This document shows, piece after piece, positions 1 to 9,421 of a DNA stretch of 57,149 nucleotides. This stretch comes from an uncultured Spirochaetaceae bacterium. Its GTDB lineage: Bacteria > Spirochaetota > Spirochaetia > Sphaerochaetales > Sphaerochaetaceae. The notes beneath the pieces are model-generated. The model did no database searches and was not told the DNA's origin. It saw only the letters and a program-made list of their open reading frames with translations. A program made the translations under genes and the position numbers. The stretch's first letter is position 1. Every line of letters starts with the position of its first letter. Location of the stretch: contig CALXXO010000001.1 of the NCBI GenBank assembly GCA_944392705.1, forward strand, positions 1 through 57,149, written 5' to 3'.

Positions 1-17
1 AGACCAAGGAGGAAAGC

Positions 18-944
18 ATGAGAATTTACAGATCTGCAAGCGAACTGATCGGAAGAACACCGCTTCTTGAACTCTCCAATATAGAGAAGGACCTCTCCCT
101 GAAAGCACATATACTCGCAAAGCTCGAATCATTCAATCCCGCAGGATCTGCCAAGGACAGGGCTGCGCTCGAGATGATAGAAGATGCAGAGCGGTCAGGG
201 AAAATCGGAAAAGGAGCAGTGCTTATCGAACCTACTTCCGGAAATACCGGAATAGGACTGGCTTCGGTGGCTGCAGCAAGGGGTTATCGTACAATTATCG
301 TGATGCCGGATACAATGTCCGAAGAGCGGAGACGAATGATGAAAGCCTATGGTGCAGAGCTTGTGCTGACAGACGGAAGCAAAGGCATGGCAGGAGCTAT
401 CGAGAAGGCAGAAGCGCTCCACAAGGAAATACCTGGCAGCTTCATTCCATCACAGTTCAGCAATCCAGCAAATGCTGCTGCACATCAGAAGACGACAGGG
501 CTTGAAATCTATGAGGATACAGATGGAAATATCGATATCTTCATTTCAGCCATCGGCACAGGAGGAACAATAACAGGAGCCGGAAGGTATCTGAAAGAAA
601 GGATCAAGTCCCTCCAGATTATAGGTGTCGAACCTGCAGCATCCCCTGTCCTTTCAGGGGGAAAAGCCGGAAAGCATAAAATACAGGGAATAGGTGCCGG
701 ATTCGTTCCCGAGGTTCTCGATACATCAATCTATGACAGAATAACCACAGTGAAAGATGAAGATGCCTTCACCATGGCAAGGCTCGTAGGCAGACGAGAA
801 GGTGTACTTGTCGGAATATCATCAGGAGCTGCGCTTTGGGCCGCTGTCAGAGAAGCGGAAAAGGAAGAGAACAGCGGAAAGAACATTGTCGTCATTTTCC
901 CCGACGGCGGAGATAGATATCTTTCAACGGAGCTCTTTTCTTGA
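18..944 (+). CDS. cysK: cysteine synthase A (O-acetylserine sulfhydrylase), PLP-dependent
   Basis: 308-aa ORF. PLP-lysine context SFNPAGSAKDR plus GNTGIGLA and GTGGTITG loops are typical of CysK/CysM. RBS aaggagg lies 5 nt upstream of the ATG. Confidence 0.9.
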   Translation: MRIYRSASELIGRTPLLELSNIEKDLSLKAHILAKLESFNPAGSAKDRAALEMIEDAERSGKIGKGAVLIEPTSGNTGIGLASVAAARGYRTIIVMPDTMSEERRRMMKAYGAELVLTDGSKGMAGAIEKAEALHKEIPGSFIPSQFSNPANAAAHQKTTGLEIYEDTDGNIDIFISAIGTGGTITGAGRYLKERIKSLQIIGVEPAASPVLSGGKAGKHKIQGIGAGFVPEVLDTSIYDRITTVKDEDAFTMARLVGRREGVLVGISSGAALWAAVREAEKEENSGKNIVVIFPDGGDRYLSTELFS

Positions 945-990
945 TGGATACAAAGCACGCTTTCATGCTAGCTTAAAACTGAGGTGAAAT

Positions 991-1896
991 ATGAAAAAAT
1001 TTGCAGTTGCAATGGCAATGCTTCTTGCCATGCTCTCGCTCCCTGCTGCATTCGATGCAAGCATCAGTGACAACCTTTTCTACCATCAGGAAGCTTACGA
1101 AGAGGACCTGGATTATCTACTTTCATCCTACGATGAAGCTGAGAACGACAGCGAAAGGGCTGCAATACTCTGGAGACTATCGCGCACAACTCTATACATA
1201 ACAGACGCAATACCCGAGGAGCAGAAGGATGCAAGGCTCGATGGATACGGAGAGAGCCAGAAATATGCAGAGGAATCCTTATCGCTTGAAGAGAGCGCGG
1301 ATGCCTATCATTGGCAGGCTTCCGCTATCGGCAGAATCGGCCAGGTCAATGGCCCTTTGAACAGCCTTTCAAAGGCAAAACCGATGAGAGCGCTTATCGA
1401 GAAAGTCCAGAATGACTTCAACGCCGATATGTCCGATGCATGGTATGTACTCTCGCTTCTCTACGACCAGCTTCCGGGAGCACCGCTCAGCTTCGGAAAT
1501 GACAACTTTGCAATAAGCTACATAAGAAGGTGCATTGATACCCAGGATAATATAAACAGACTCAATCTTACGAACTACCTTGAACTCGCTCAGCAGCTCC
1601 ACAACAGAGGATGGAGCGCTTCAAAGAGAGCCAAGGAGCTAGACAAGATGGAAAAGAAGTATGCTGCAGAGAGCGTCCCTACCGAGAAGATGAAGTACTA
1701 TGAAGGAAGAGATGGCCAGGATACTATCCCATTCTATTCAACACTGCCGCTTGGAGACTTCTCCGACGAACAGGAAGCTGTAATGCTCTGTCAGTATGCC
1801 CTGGCTGTATACCAGACAAAATCAGACCCACTTCCTTCGGAGACAGAAAGAGCTGCCGAAATTGAATCATATATGAATTCCCTCCTTAATCAGTAA
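991..1896 (+). CDS. secreted hypothetical protein (helical/TPR-like by composition)
   Basis: 301-aa ORF with N-terminal signal peptide MKKFAVAMAMLLAMLSLPAAFDA and RBS gaggtg upstream. I recognise no catalytic motif. Confidence 0.55.
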   Translation: MKKFAVAMAMLLAMLSLPAAFDASISDNLFYHQEAYEEDLDYLLSSYDEAENDSERAAILWRLSRTTLYITDAIPEEQKDARLDGYGESQKYAEESLSLEESADAYHWQASAIGRIGQVNGPLNSLSKAKPMRALIEKVQNDFNADMSDAWYVLSLLYDQLPGAPLSFGNDNFAISYIRRCIDTQDNINRLNLTNYLELAQQLHNRGWSASKRAKELDKMEKKYAAESVPTEKMKYYEGRDGQDTIPFYSTLPLGDFSDEQEAVMLCQYALAVYQTKSDPLPSETERAAEIESYMNSLLNQ

Positions 1897-3049
1897 GGAA
1901 AGTGCTGAATAAGAAGAGAATCAGAAGCATCACTGCATTGAGGGCAAGGAACACCAGAATATACTGGCCTTTCCTGCCCTCTTTCCTTTTGAAATAGAAC
2001 TTCAGGGAAATAAGGGATGCAAGGGATGCCACAGGAGTTCCAAGCCCTCCGATATCAGTGCCGACAAGAACGCCCTCGAACCCATCTGCAAATCCGGAAA
2101 GGAGTATTGCCGCGGGGACATTGCTTATAACCTGAGAGACAATAGCCGAAACAGCCACAGGGCTGGTCTTCATAGGTGTGGAAAGCAGAGCATTCACAGC
2201 TTCAATCTCCCTTATGTTCGCGCTGAATATAAAGAAGCAGACGAAAGTAAGAAGGAGGATATAATCAATGCTCAGAAGTATCTTCCTGTCGAAAGCGATA
2301 AGGAACAGAGCTTCTAAAGCAAAAAGCGCCTGCCAGGGAACCACATGGAATACGGAAAGCATTGCAAGTGCAAGGAATAGCAGATAGATTACAGTGCGCT
2401 TCCGGTCAAAATCCATGATTTCACCTGCATTACCCTCGATAGCCCGCTTCTTCGAAAGAAAGAATGCAAAAGCAAAAGCAATCATCACCGCCGAAATCGC
2501 GGAGTACGGAAGAATTGTCCTGAAAAACTGCTGCGCTTCAACATCGAAGAATGAACATATGTAGATATTCTGCGGATTGCCTACCGGAGTCGTCATTGAA
2601 CCAAGATTCGCAGCAATCGTCTCAAGGACCACAAGTTTTATTATGTACCCCTCATCTTCCCCTTCCCTGTCCATAATCAGGAGAGTGAATGGAACGAACA
2701 TCAGAAGCGCTACATCATTGGTAAAGAACATTGAAGAGATAAAGACTATAAGCAGAAGCAGCAATGACAATGTACGAGTATTCCCGGACTTTTTAAGCAT
2801 AGCGGAGCCTGCGTAATCAAAAAGGCCCGATGCCTTAAGACCTTCGGAAACTCCCATAAGCGAAAAAAGAAGCGCAAGCGTCCTGAAGTCTATACCAGCA
2901 ATCCACTCAAGCGATGGAGGATTGAAGAATGCCGTGACAACAGCCGCAGCAAAAGCTATTACAAATACTATTTCCCTTCTTAAAAATGCCAGCACGCGAT
3001 GATGATAACCACTTTCAGAGATTGCATTCAACCTTTTTATAAGTATCAT
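1886..3049 (-). CDS. ArsB/NhaD-superfamily (citrate-transporter-like) anion permease
   Basis: 387-aa polytopic membrane ORF with the GNPQN motif (TTPVGNPQNIYI) characteristic of this permease superfamily. Its end overlaps the convergent upstream gene by 11 nt. Confidence 0.7.
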   Translation of the reverse strand: MILIKRLNAISESGYHHRVLAFLRREIVFVIAFAAAVVTAFFNPPSLEWIAGIDFRTLALLFSLMGVSEGLKASGLFDYAGSAMLKKSGNTRTLSLLLLLIVFISSMFFTNDVALLMFVPFTLLIMDREGEDEGYIIKLVVLETIAANLGSMTTPVGNPQNIYICSFFDVEAQQFFRTILPYSAISAVMIAFAFAFFLSKKRAIEGNAGEIMDFDRKRTVIYLLFLALAMLSVFHVVPWQALFALEALFLIAFDRKILLSIDYILLLTFVCFFIFSANIREIEAVNALLSTPMKTSPVAVSAIVSQVISNVPAAILLSGFADGFEGVLVGTDIGGLGTPVASLASLISLKFYFKRKEGRKGQYILVFLALNAVMLLILFLFSTFLTD

Positions 3050-3055
3050 GGGAAT

Positions 3056-3715
3056 ATGATCAGTGTTGGCAATGACTGGCAGCCGCTTTTCGATATAGAA
3101 CAGAGAAAGCCCTATTACCTCGAACTCAGGGAATTCCTCAAGAAGGAATATTCAACCAAGACCATCTATCCTCCGATGAATGATATCTTCAATGCATTCA
3201 AGCTCACAAGCTTCGAAGATACAAAAGTAATCATTGTCGGCCAGGACCCATACCATGAGGAAGGACAGGCCATGGGACTTTCCTTTTCAGTGCATGGGGA
3301 CACCCCCGAACCGCCTTCACTTGTAAATATCCACAAGGAAATAGTACGGGAAGGTGTAGAACAGGGCGAGTGGTCAAAGGATCTTACGCGCTGGGCAGAA
3401 CAGGGTGTGCTCCTTCTGAACAGTACGCTGACAGTAGAAGCCCACAAAGCCGCATCGCATTCGGGAAAGGGTTGGGAGATATTCACGGACAATGCGATAA
3501 GAACGCTGGGAATGGATGAAAGGCCGAAGGTTTTCATGCTGTGGGGAAGCTATGCACGGAGCAAGAAAGCCTTGATTGAAAACCCCGAGCATCTGATTCT
3601 TGAGTCCGCCCACCCTAGCCCGCTCAGTGCATCCAGGGGATTCTTCGGGAATGACCATTTTCTGAAATGCAATGAATTTCTGAGGAAAACTGGACAGACA
3701 CCAATAATCTGGTGA
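3056..3715 (+). CDS. ung: uracil-DNA glycosylase (family 1)
   Basis: Catalytic motifs GQDPYH and HPSPLS are present. I chose the internal ATG at 3056 (MISVGNDWQPLF) because the track start at 2999 would overlap the divergent permease start. Confidence 0.9.
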   Translation: MISVGNDWQPLFDIEQRKPYYLELREFLKKEYSTKTIYPPMNDIFNAFKLTSFEDTKVIIVGQDPYHEEGQAMGLSFSVHGDTPEPPSLVNIHKEIVREGVEQGEWSKDLTRWAEQGVLLLNSTLTVEAHKAASHSGKGWEIFTDNAIRTLGMDERPKVFMLWGSYARSKKALIENPEHLILESAHPSPLSASRGFFGNDHFLKCNEFLRKTGQTPIIW

Positions 3716-3789
3716 AATTTCCACACAAACCATACATATTCCAACATCTCTTTTCTGTTATACTCTCATTAGAGTAAGGAGAAGCGGTT

Positions 3790-5238
3790 GTGGATATCCT
3801 AAAACAGTTCAAAGAAGTCGTACTATCGGTACTTCCTATCGGGATTTTCGCATCAGTGCTCTCCATTGCAGCAGGGGTAATGGACGGAGGAGAACTGGGA
3901 AGATTCCTGTTTTCCTGCATTCTTGTAATCATAGGCCTTACATTATTTCTAAGAGGTGTGGATATAGGAATAACACCTATAGGAGAGAAAATAGGCGCAG
4001 CCCTTACAAAGAGCAGGTCACTCCTGTTGATGCTTGGAGCAGCTATAATACTGGGGCTAATCATCACAATACCTGAGCCGGATGTTCAGGTACTGGCAAC
4101 ACAGGTAAACCAGGTCAATCCGGCAATACCTGTCAACACGCTTATCGTGGCAATATCAATCGGAGTCGGTCTCTTCTTTGCATTATCACTGGCAAGAACG
4201 GTGCTTCAGTGGCCAATGAAAATAATCATCGCAATAAGCTATGCCGCCATATTCGCAGTAGCATTCCTCAATGATGACTTCTTTGTCTCTGTCGCATTCG
4301 ATTCGGGAGGAGCCACAACAGGGCCGCTGTCAGTCCCTTTCATAATGGCACTTGGAACCGGTGTTGCGATGATGCGTAAACATAACGAAGAATCGGAGTT
4401 CGGATATGTAGCCCTCTCCTCAATAGGACCGGTGCTAGGTGTTCTGATTCTCGGAGTGGTGTTCTCCGCAAATCCCGGAACGGCGGTAGCAGCAACCGAT
4501 GAAGCTACAGTAGGATTCTGGCAGCTCTTCGGCTCGAAGTTCAGGGAAGTCGGGATATCATTACTACCTCTGATTGCTGTCTGCATCCTGATGCAGGTTT
4601 TCGTCATAAAGCTTCCCAGAACAGAAGCGATGAGGGAATTCTCCGGTATCATCTACTCCTATCTCGGGATTGTCATCTTCTTCACCGGAGTGGAATTCTC
4701 ATTCTCCGATGTAGCAAGGGAGCTTGGAGCTGCATTGATTGAAATAAACCCGATATTGCTTTACTGTGCAGGGTTCGTATTCGGGCTATCAGTCGTGCTC
4801 GCAGAGCCGGCAGTAATGGTTCTGACAGGACAGGTCGAAGATGCAAGCAGCGGCAGGATTTCGAGAAAAGTAATGCTTTTCACGCTAGCGCTTGGGGTCG
4901 GCCTTGCGGTTGTCCTGGCTCTTATCAGGACAGTATATGCCCTTTCAATCTGGACATTCATTCTGCCAGGCTATCTCCTGATAATGCTCCTGATGATAAA
5001 GACTCCAGGGCTGTTTTCGGCAATCGGATTCGATTCGGGAGGTGTTGCCACAGGACCAATGAGCTCCGCATTCCTTCTTCCGCTGGCAATGGGAGCAGCA
5101 TCGGGCTCTTCTGCATCATCGCTTACTGCATCATTCGGGATGATTGCAATGATTGCGATGATGCCTATCCTTCTGATAGAAATACTCGGAATCATCTATC
5201 AGAAGAGAATCAACAAGCTTAAAGAGGTGGGGAAATGA
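3790..5238 (+). CDS. DUF1538-family polytopic membrane protein (putative transporter)
   Basis: 482-aa ORF with a GTG start 8 nt after aaggag. The two halves repeat the motifs PEPDVQVLATQV / AEPAVMVLTGQV and FDSGGATTGPLS / FDSGGVATGPMS. Confidence 0.75.
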   Translation: MDILKQFKEVVLSVLPIGIFASVLSIAAGVMDGGELGRFLFSCILVIIGLTLFLRGVDIGITPIGEKIGAALTKSRSLLLMLGAAIILGLIITIPEPDVQVLATQVNQVNPAIPVNTLIVAISIGVGLFFALSLARTVLQWPMKIIIAISYAAIFAVAFLNDDFFVSVAFDSGGATTGPLSVPFIMALGTGVAMMRKHNEESEFGYVALSSIGPVLGVLILGVVFSANPGTAVAATDEATVGFWQLFGSKFREVGISLLPLIAVCILMQVFVIKLPRTEAMREFSGIIYSYLGIVIFFTGVEFSFSDVARELGAALIEINPILLYCAGFVFGLSVVLAEPAVMVLTGQVEDASSGRISRKVMLFTLALGVGLAVVLALIRTVYALSIWTFILPGYLLIMLLMIKTPGLFSAIGFDSGGVATGPMSSAFLLPLAMGAASGSSASSLTASFGMIAMIAMMPILLIEILGIIYQKRINKLKEVGK

Positions 5239-5840
5239 GCTGGTGTACTATGATTGCAATCGTCCGGAAAGGACAGGCGAAAGATGTCATGGCAGCTGCG
5301 CGCAAAGCTGGCGCTCCAGGTGGCACGATATGCCTTGCGAAGGGAACTGCGACCTCAACAATCCTTGCGGCGCTCGGTATCGGGGACACGAAACAGGAAG
5401 TGCTTACAAGCGTGATAAAATCAGAGGACGCTGAGAGAATCCTTGAAGCCGTGCATAGTGTCAAGGCAAAAGGCATCGTTATAATAGCAGATACTGCAAG
5501 GGACGGAGAGATGAATAGTGTTAACAATGATTCGGGATGGGTACTTATCGAGGTAATCTGCGAAGACGGATACAGCGAAGACATAATGGCAACTGCACGC
5601 AAAGCAGGAGCAGAAGGTGGAACTGTCATTGACGCCCATGGCACAAGCACCGAGGACGATATCAAATTCTTCGGAGCACCTCTGGTTCCGGAAAAGGAGA
5701 TCCTTATGATTGTAATATCAAAGGACAAAGCAGATGCTGTTATCGATGCCATAAGCGGGATGGATGTTCTTAAAAAGAAAGGAATGGGAATAGTTTTCAG
5801 CATACCGGTCAGAAGCTTTATGAATCTTGGAGGAAAGTGA
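5235..5840 (+). CDS. tandem (fused) P-II-like signal-transduction protein
   Basis: 201-aa ORF made of two ~100-aa repeats, each with ARKAGA-GGT followed by a loop segment, resembling the P-II/GlnB fold. Its start overlaps the upstream stop (ATGA). Confidence 0.7.
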   Translation: MSWCTMIAIVRKGQAKDVMAAARKAGAPGGTICLAKGTATSTILAALGIGDTKQEVLTSVIKSEDAERILEAVHSVKAKGIVIIADTARDGEMNSVNNDSGWVLIEVICEDGYSEDIMATARKAGAEGGTVIDAHGTSTEDDIKFFGAPLVPEKEILMIVISKDKADAVIDAISGMDVLKKKGMGIVFSIPVRSFMNLGGK

Positions 5841-5889
5841 TAGGAAAATCTCATTCCAACATTCCGTACAATAAGCTAAATTTGATACG

Positions 5890-7275
5890 ATGAGAAAGAT
5901 GACAGAAGCCGAGTTCAGGGAATACTCCCTGACCGGCAATTTATATAAGCTAATAATCCAGGTTGGAACACCGCTTGCGGTCTTTGCCATGTTCAACAGC
6001 TTCTTCTCTATCCTGGACACTATGATGGCAAGCCATATAGGGACAATAGAGGTATCGACAGTTGCATACATGAACCAGCTGAGAATGATACTCAATTCTA
6101 TAGGTACGGGACTTGTAACAGGCTCGATGATCCTTGTGAACAGAGCCTATGGAGCGGGAGACAACGAAAAGGCCGGAATACTTCTGAATACACTGATCAG
6201 GCTTATATTGATAATCTCTGCAATCTTCCTCCTTGTAATACCTTTCGCCCCTACTCTTCTCAGACTGATAGGTACTCCGGAAGAATTCGTCGAAGATGGA
6301 ACTGCCTATTTCAGAATTCTGATAGTTGCGACAACGGTCAATTTCATAAATCTGATTTACATAAACATCGAGAAATCCAGAGGGCGGACAGGTACCATAA
6401 TGGCGGTAAACATAGCTTCCATGATACTGAAGCTCTTGCTGACTGCTTTCTTCATTTATGTGCTTGATAAAGGTATAATATTCATCGCGCTGGCAACATT
6501 GATTACCTATGCCTGTTTTGCAATCTATTCAATCATACATCTCTCCGGAAAAGACAGTATCTTCAGAATCCAGCCCTCGATAATCATCCACGGAAGAAAG
6601 GGATATGCTTCAAGGCTTGCATCGATTTCCTACCCTGTGGCAATAGAAGACTCCGCATTCTCTCTTGGAAAGACTGTCGTAAACTCAATGGCAGCTGTTT
6701 ATGGTGCGGAGATGATTGGTGCGCTTGGGATATCGAACAATGTATCCGGAATCGCAACGAGCTTCGAGAATGGATTCTCAGATGCATCAAGCTCAATAGT
6801 CAGCCAGAATTTCGGTGCTAAAAACTACAGAAGAGCTGTCGCTGCGTACAAAGCGAACATTGTCGTCACATTCCTGGCAAGCCTTCTTGCCATAGCTGTG
6901 ATAATGCTGGCAAAGGATACCCTGATCCGCATTTTCGCTACAAGCAGGCAGGGCTTAGATTCCGAGTTCATGGATGCAATACAGAGGATCTTCACTTATG
7001 ATATCTTCGGCTGTTTTGCCCTGTCCCTTAACGGTGCAGGCATGGATTTCCTTCTGGGACTAGGAAAGACAAGGATTACGCTTTTCATAAATTTCCTAAG
7101 GATATTCGTGCTCAGGATTCCTGTTCTCTATATACTGCGTTTCCTCATCGATGATGGAGCAACAGCTCTTGGTGTTATGATGATGATCTCAAACTGCTCC
7201 ATTGCCCTCATAACAACCCTCATCTCGATAAGCGTAGCTTCCAACCTCCTACACAAACAGAAGTCCATGAGCTAA
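5890..7275 (+). CDS. MATE-family efflux transporter (paralog 1)
   Basis: 461-aa 12-TM ORF. The N-terminal region (LIIQVGTPLAVFAMFNSFFSILDTMMASHIG) and the overall architecture are typical of MATE/NorM. Confidence 0.85.
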   Translation: MRKMTEAEFREYSLTGNLYKLIIQVGTPLAVFAMFNSFFSILDTMMASHIGTIEVSTVAYMNQLRMILNSIGTGLVTGSMILVNRAYGAGDNEKAGILLNTLIRLILIISAIFLLVIPFAPTLLRLIGTPEEFVEDGTAYFRILIVATTVNFINLIYINIEKSRGRTGTIMAVNIASMILKLLLTAFFIYVLDKGIIFIALATLITYACFAIYSIIHLSGKDSIFRIQPSIIIHGRKGYASRLASISYPVAIEDSAFSLGKTVVNSMAAVYGAEMIGALGISNNVSGIATSFENGFSDASSSIVSQNFGAKNYRRAVAAYKANIVVTFLASLLAIAVIMLAKDTLIRIFATSRQGLDSEFMDAIQRIFTYDIFGCFALSLNGAGMDFLLGLGKTRITLFINFLRIFVLRIPVLYILRFLIDDGATALGVMMMISNCSIALITTLISISVASNLLHKQKSMS

Positions 7276-7285
7276 AATCCTGGCC

Positions 7286-8563
7286 ATGGAAAATACAGCA
7301 ACAATCACTGCAGATCTCTGCAGATTCATAGAAAACAGCCCGACTCAGTTCCATGCGGTACGGAATATGGAGGATTATCTCGCTATTAACGGATTCCAGA
7401 AGCTCGACGAGAAGAAGAGATGGAATATAGAACGGGGAAAATCATACTTTGTAACGAGAAACAGCTCTGCAATCATCATTTTCAGGATTCCTGAAAGAAA
7501 CGAGTATGGTTACTCCATCGTAGCGGCACATACGGACAGCCCAGCATTCAAAATCAAGACAGATCCGGAAGTAAATGCTGGTGGCCTTTATACGGTATTG
7601 AACACAGAGGTATATGGTGGCTTATTGATGGCACCATGGTTTGACAGGCCTCTTTCAATTGCAGGAAGAGTCTATGTAAGGAATGGAAACACGATAGAGG
7701 AACGCCTTGTCGATTTCAATCGTCCAATTGCCCTGATACCAAACCTTGCCATCCATATGAACAGGAAGATAAACGAAGGTCACAGTTACAGTGCGCAGAA
7801 AGAGATGCTTCCGATGCTTGCAGAAACAGTAGACAAAGGAACATTCAGAAAGGCTCTCGCCGATGCTGCTGGCTGCAACGAAAGCGATATGCTGGAATAC
7901 GAGCTATACCTTTATCCTGAAAGCAAGTATGCCTTCTGGGGCTTGAACAACGAGTTCTTCTCCTCTCCCAGAATTGATGATCTCATGTGTGCCTATACAG
8001 CGTTCAGAGCAATTGCTGAGACAAAAGGCAATAACTATATGCCGATCACAGCACTGTTCGACAACGAGGAAACCGGAAGCGGAACGAAACAGGGAGCTCT
8101 GTCGGATTTCCTTCCTACGGTAATCGACAGGATTTCATTCTCACTTGGCTACAGCATTGAAGACAAGGCTATAAAAACAGCTTCTTCCTTCATGATCAGT
8201 GCAGATAACTGCCATGCGATGCATCCGAATTACGCGGAGAAATGCGATATCACAAACAAGCCCAGAATGAATGGCGGCGTTGCAATCAAATTCAGTGCAG
8301 CGCAAAAGTACACCACCGATGCGGAGAGCGCAAGTTTCCTGAAAGCCCTTATGGATGATAATCATATCCGGTATCAGTACTTTGCGAATCACTCAGATAT
8401 CCCCGGCGGCTCGACATTGGGAAACCTGTCAGCACAGAAGCTGAGCATTTCCTCCGTAGATATCGGAGCAGCACAGCTTTCGATGCACTCGCCCTATGAA
8501 ACCGCAGGAGCCATGGATACTGCAGAGCTACTGAAATTATTCAAGGCGTTCTTATCGAGGTGA
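7286..8563 (+). CDS. M18-family (aspartyl) aminopeptidase
   Basis: 425-aa ORF with the AAHTDSPAFKIK motif and an N-terminal FIENSPTQFHAV segment typical of M18 aminopeptidases. It starts 10 nt after the MATE gene. Confidence 0.85.
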   Translation: MENTATITADLCRFIENSPTQFHAVRNMEDYLAINGFQKLDEKKRWNIERGKSYFVTRNSSAIIIFRIPERNEYGYSIVAAHTDSPAFKIKTDPEVNAGGLYTVLNTEVYGGLLMAPWFDRPLSIAGRVYVRNGNTIEERLVDFNRPIALIPNLAIHMNRKINEGHSYSAQKEMLPMLAETVDKGTFRKALADAAGCNESDMLEYELYLYPESKYAFWGLNNEFFSSPRIDDLMCAYTAFRAIAETKGNNYMPITALFDNEETGSGTKQGALSDFLPTVIDRISFSLGYSIEDKAIKTASSFMISADNCHAMHPNYAEKCDITNKPRMNGGVAIKFSAAQKYTTDAESASFLKALMDDNHIRYQYFANHSDIPGGSTLGNLSAQKLSISSVDIGAAQLSMHSPYETAGAMDTAELLKLFKAFLSR

Positions 8564-8570
8564 ATCCAAG

Positions 8571-8601
8571 ATAGAGCTGGCTTATCATAGGCACAGCTCT
8601 A
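8571..8601. terminator. hairpin between convergent genes (possible bidirectional terminator)
   Basis: 9-bp perfect inverted repeat ATAGAGCTG (8571-8579) / CAGCTCTAT (8593-8601). It spans the 21-nt gap and the last codons of the minus-strand gene. There is no strong U-run. Confidence 0.4.
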
Positions 8602-9292
8602 TGAACCTTCTAAAGAAACCAAGCATAACGGCATTGCCTGCGGCTGCCATCATCTCAGGATGCCATTGTACCCCGATAATGCTGAGTTCAGGGTTCTCCA
8701 CTGCTTCAATGATTCCATCAGAGGAGACAGCAACGGCATTGAGACAAGGAGCAATATCTTTGACCGCCTGATGATGGAAGCTGTTGACTTCAGCCCTGCA
8801 TCCGAGAACATGGAAAAGGAAGCTGTTCTGGTTTATCTTGACCTCATGATAAGCTTCATTTCTAGGAGTTTTCTGAACATGGTCAGGGATATCCTGGTAC
8901 AGCGTTCCACCGAGAAACACGTTCAACGCCTGCATTCCTTTGCAGATTCCGAGAATCGGTTTATGCATTCTTATCGCGACGTCGATAGCATCCTTATAGA
9001 AGAGATCCACATCCTTGAGTGTGAATCCAAGCTTTTCATCCGGGCTTTCTCCATATAAATCTGGGGAAATATCATAACCGCCGGAGAGAATAAGGCCATC
9101 GGAAAAAGAGATACATCTTTCAATATCATCAATGCCACTCTGTGTAGGGATAATAAAAGGAATTCCACCACTGTTTTTCACAGATACGGAATAATCCCTG
9201 TTAACGTAATCCCTGGGAAGGCCTGGCATATCGCCACCTTCCATGAACAATATATTGCCAGCAATCGCAATCAAAGGCTTTTTCATATCCAT
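8585..9292 (-). CDS. class-I glutamine amidotransferase-like, gamma-glutamyl-GABA hydrolase (peptidase C26) family
   Basis: 235-aa ORF with nucleophile context GICKGMQ and a C-terminal GVQWHPE motif. Confidence 0.8.
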   Translation of the reverse strand: MDMKKPLIAIAGNILFMEGGDMPGLPRDYVNRDYSVSVKNSGGIPFIIPTQSGIDDIERCISFSDGLILSGGYDISPDLYGESPDEKLGFTLKDVDLFYKDAIDVAIRMHKPILGICKGMQALNVFLGGTLYQDIPDHVQKTPRNEAYHEVKINQNSFLFHVLGCRAEVNSFHHQAVKDIAPCLNAVAVSSDGIIEAVENPELSIIGVQWHPEMMAAAGNAVMLGFFRRFIELCL

Positions 9293-9421
9293 ATTCTCTA
9301 TCAGAGAATCGGCTACGATAAAAGTGGCTTTTGAAAGAAAAAGGAAGCTCCGGTCTCTTGTATCTCATTTCTCCCACGTAGCCATGAGAACAATCGAAAC
9401 TTCCCTCTGTGAAAACGGTAA

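Noticed and set aside
2999-3055. Longer start for ung (MMITTFRDC...)
   Set aside because: It would overlap the divergent permease start by 51 nt and add residues not expected before the conserved Ung N-terminus, so the ATG at 3056 is preferred.
5219-5854. 211-aa minus-strand ORF
   Set aside because: It is antisense to the tandem P-II-like gene. The plus-strand frame shows the internal duplication and translational coupling.
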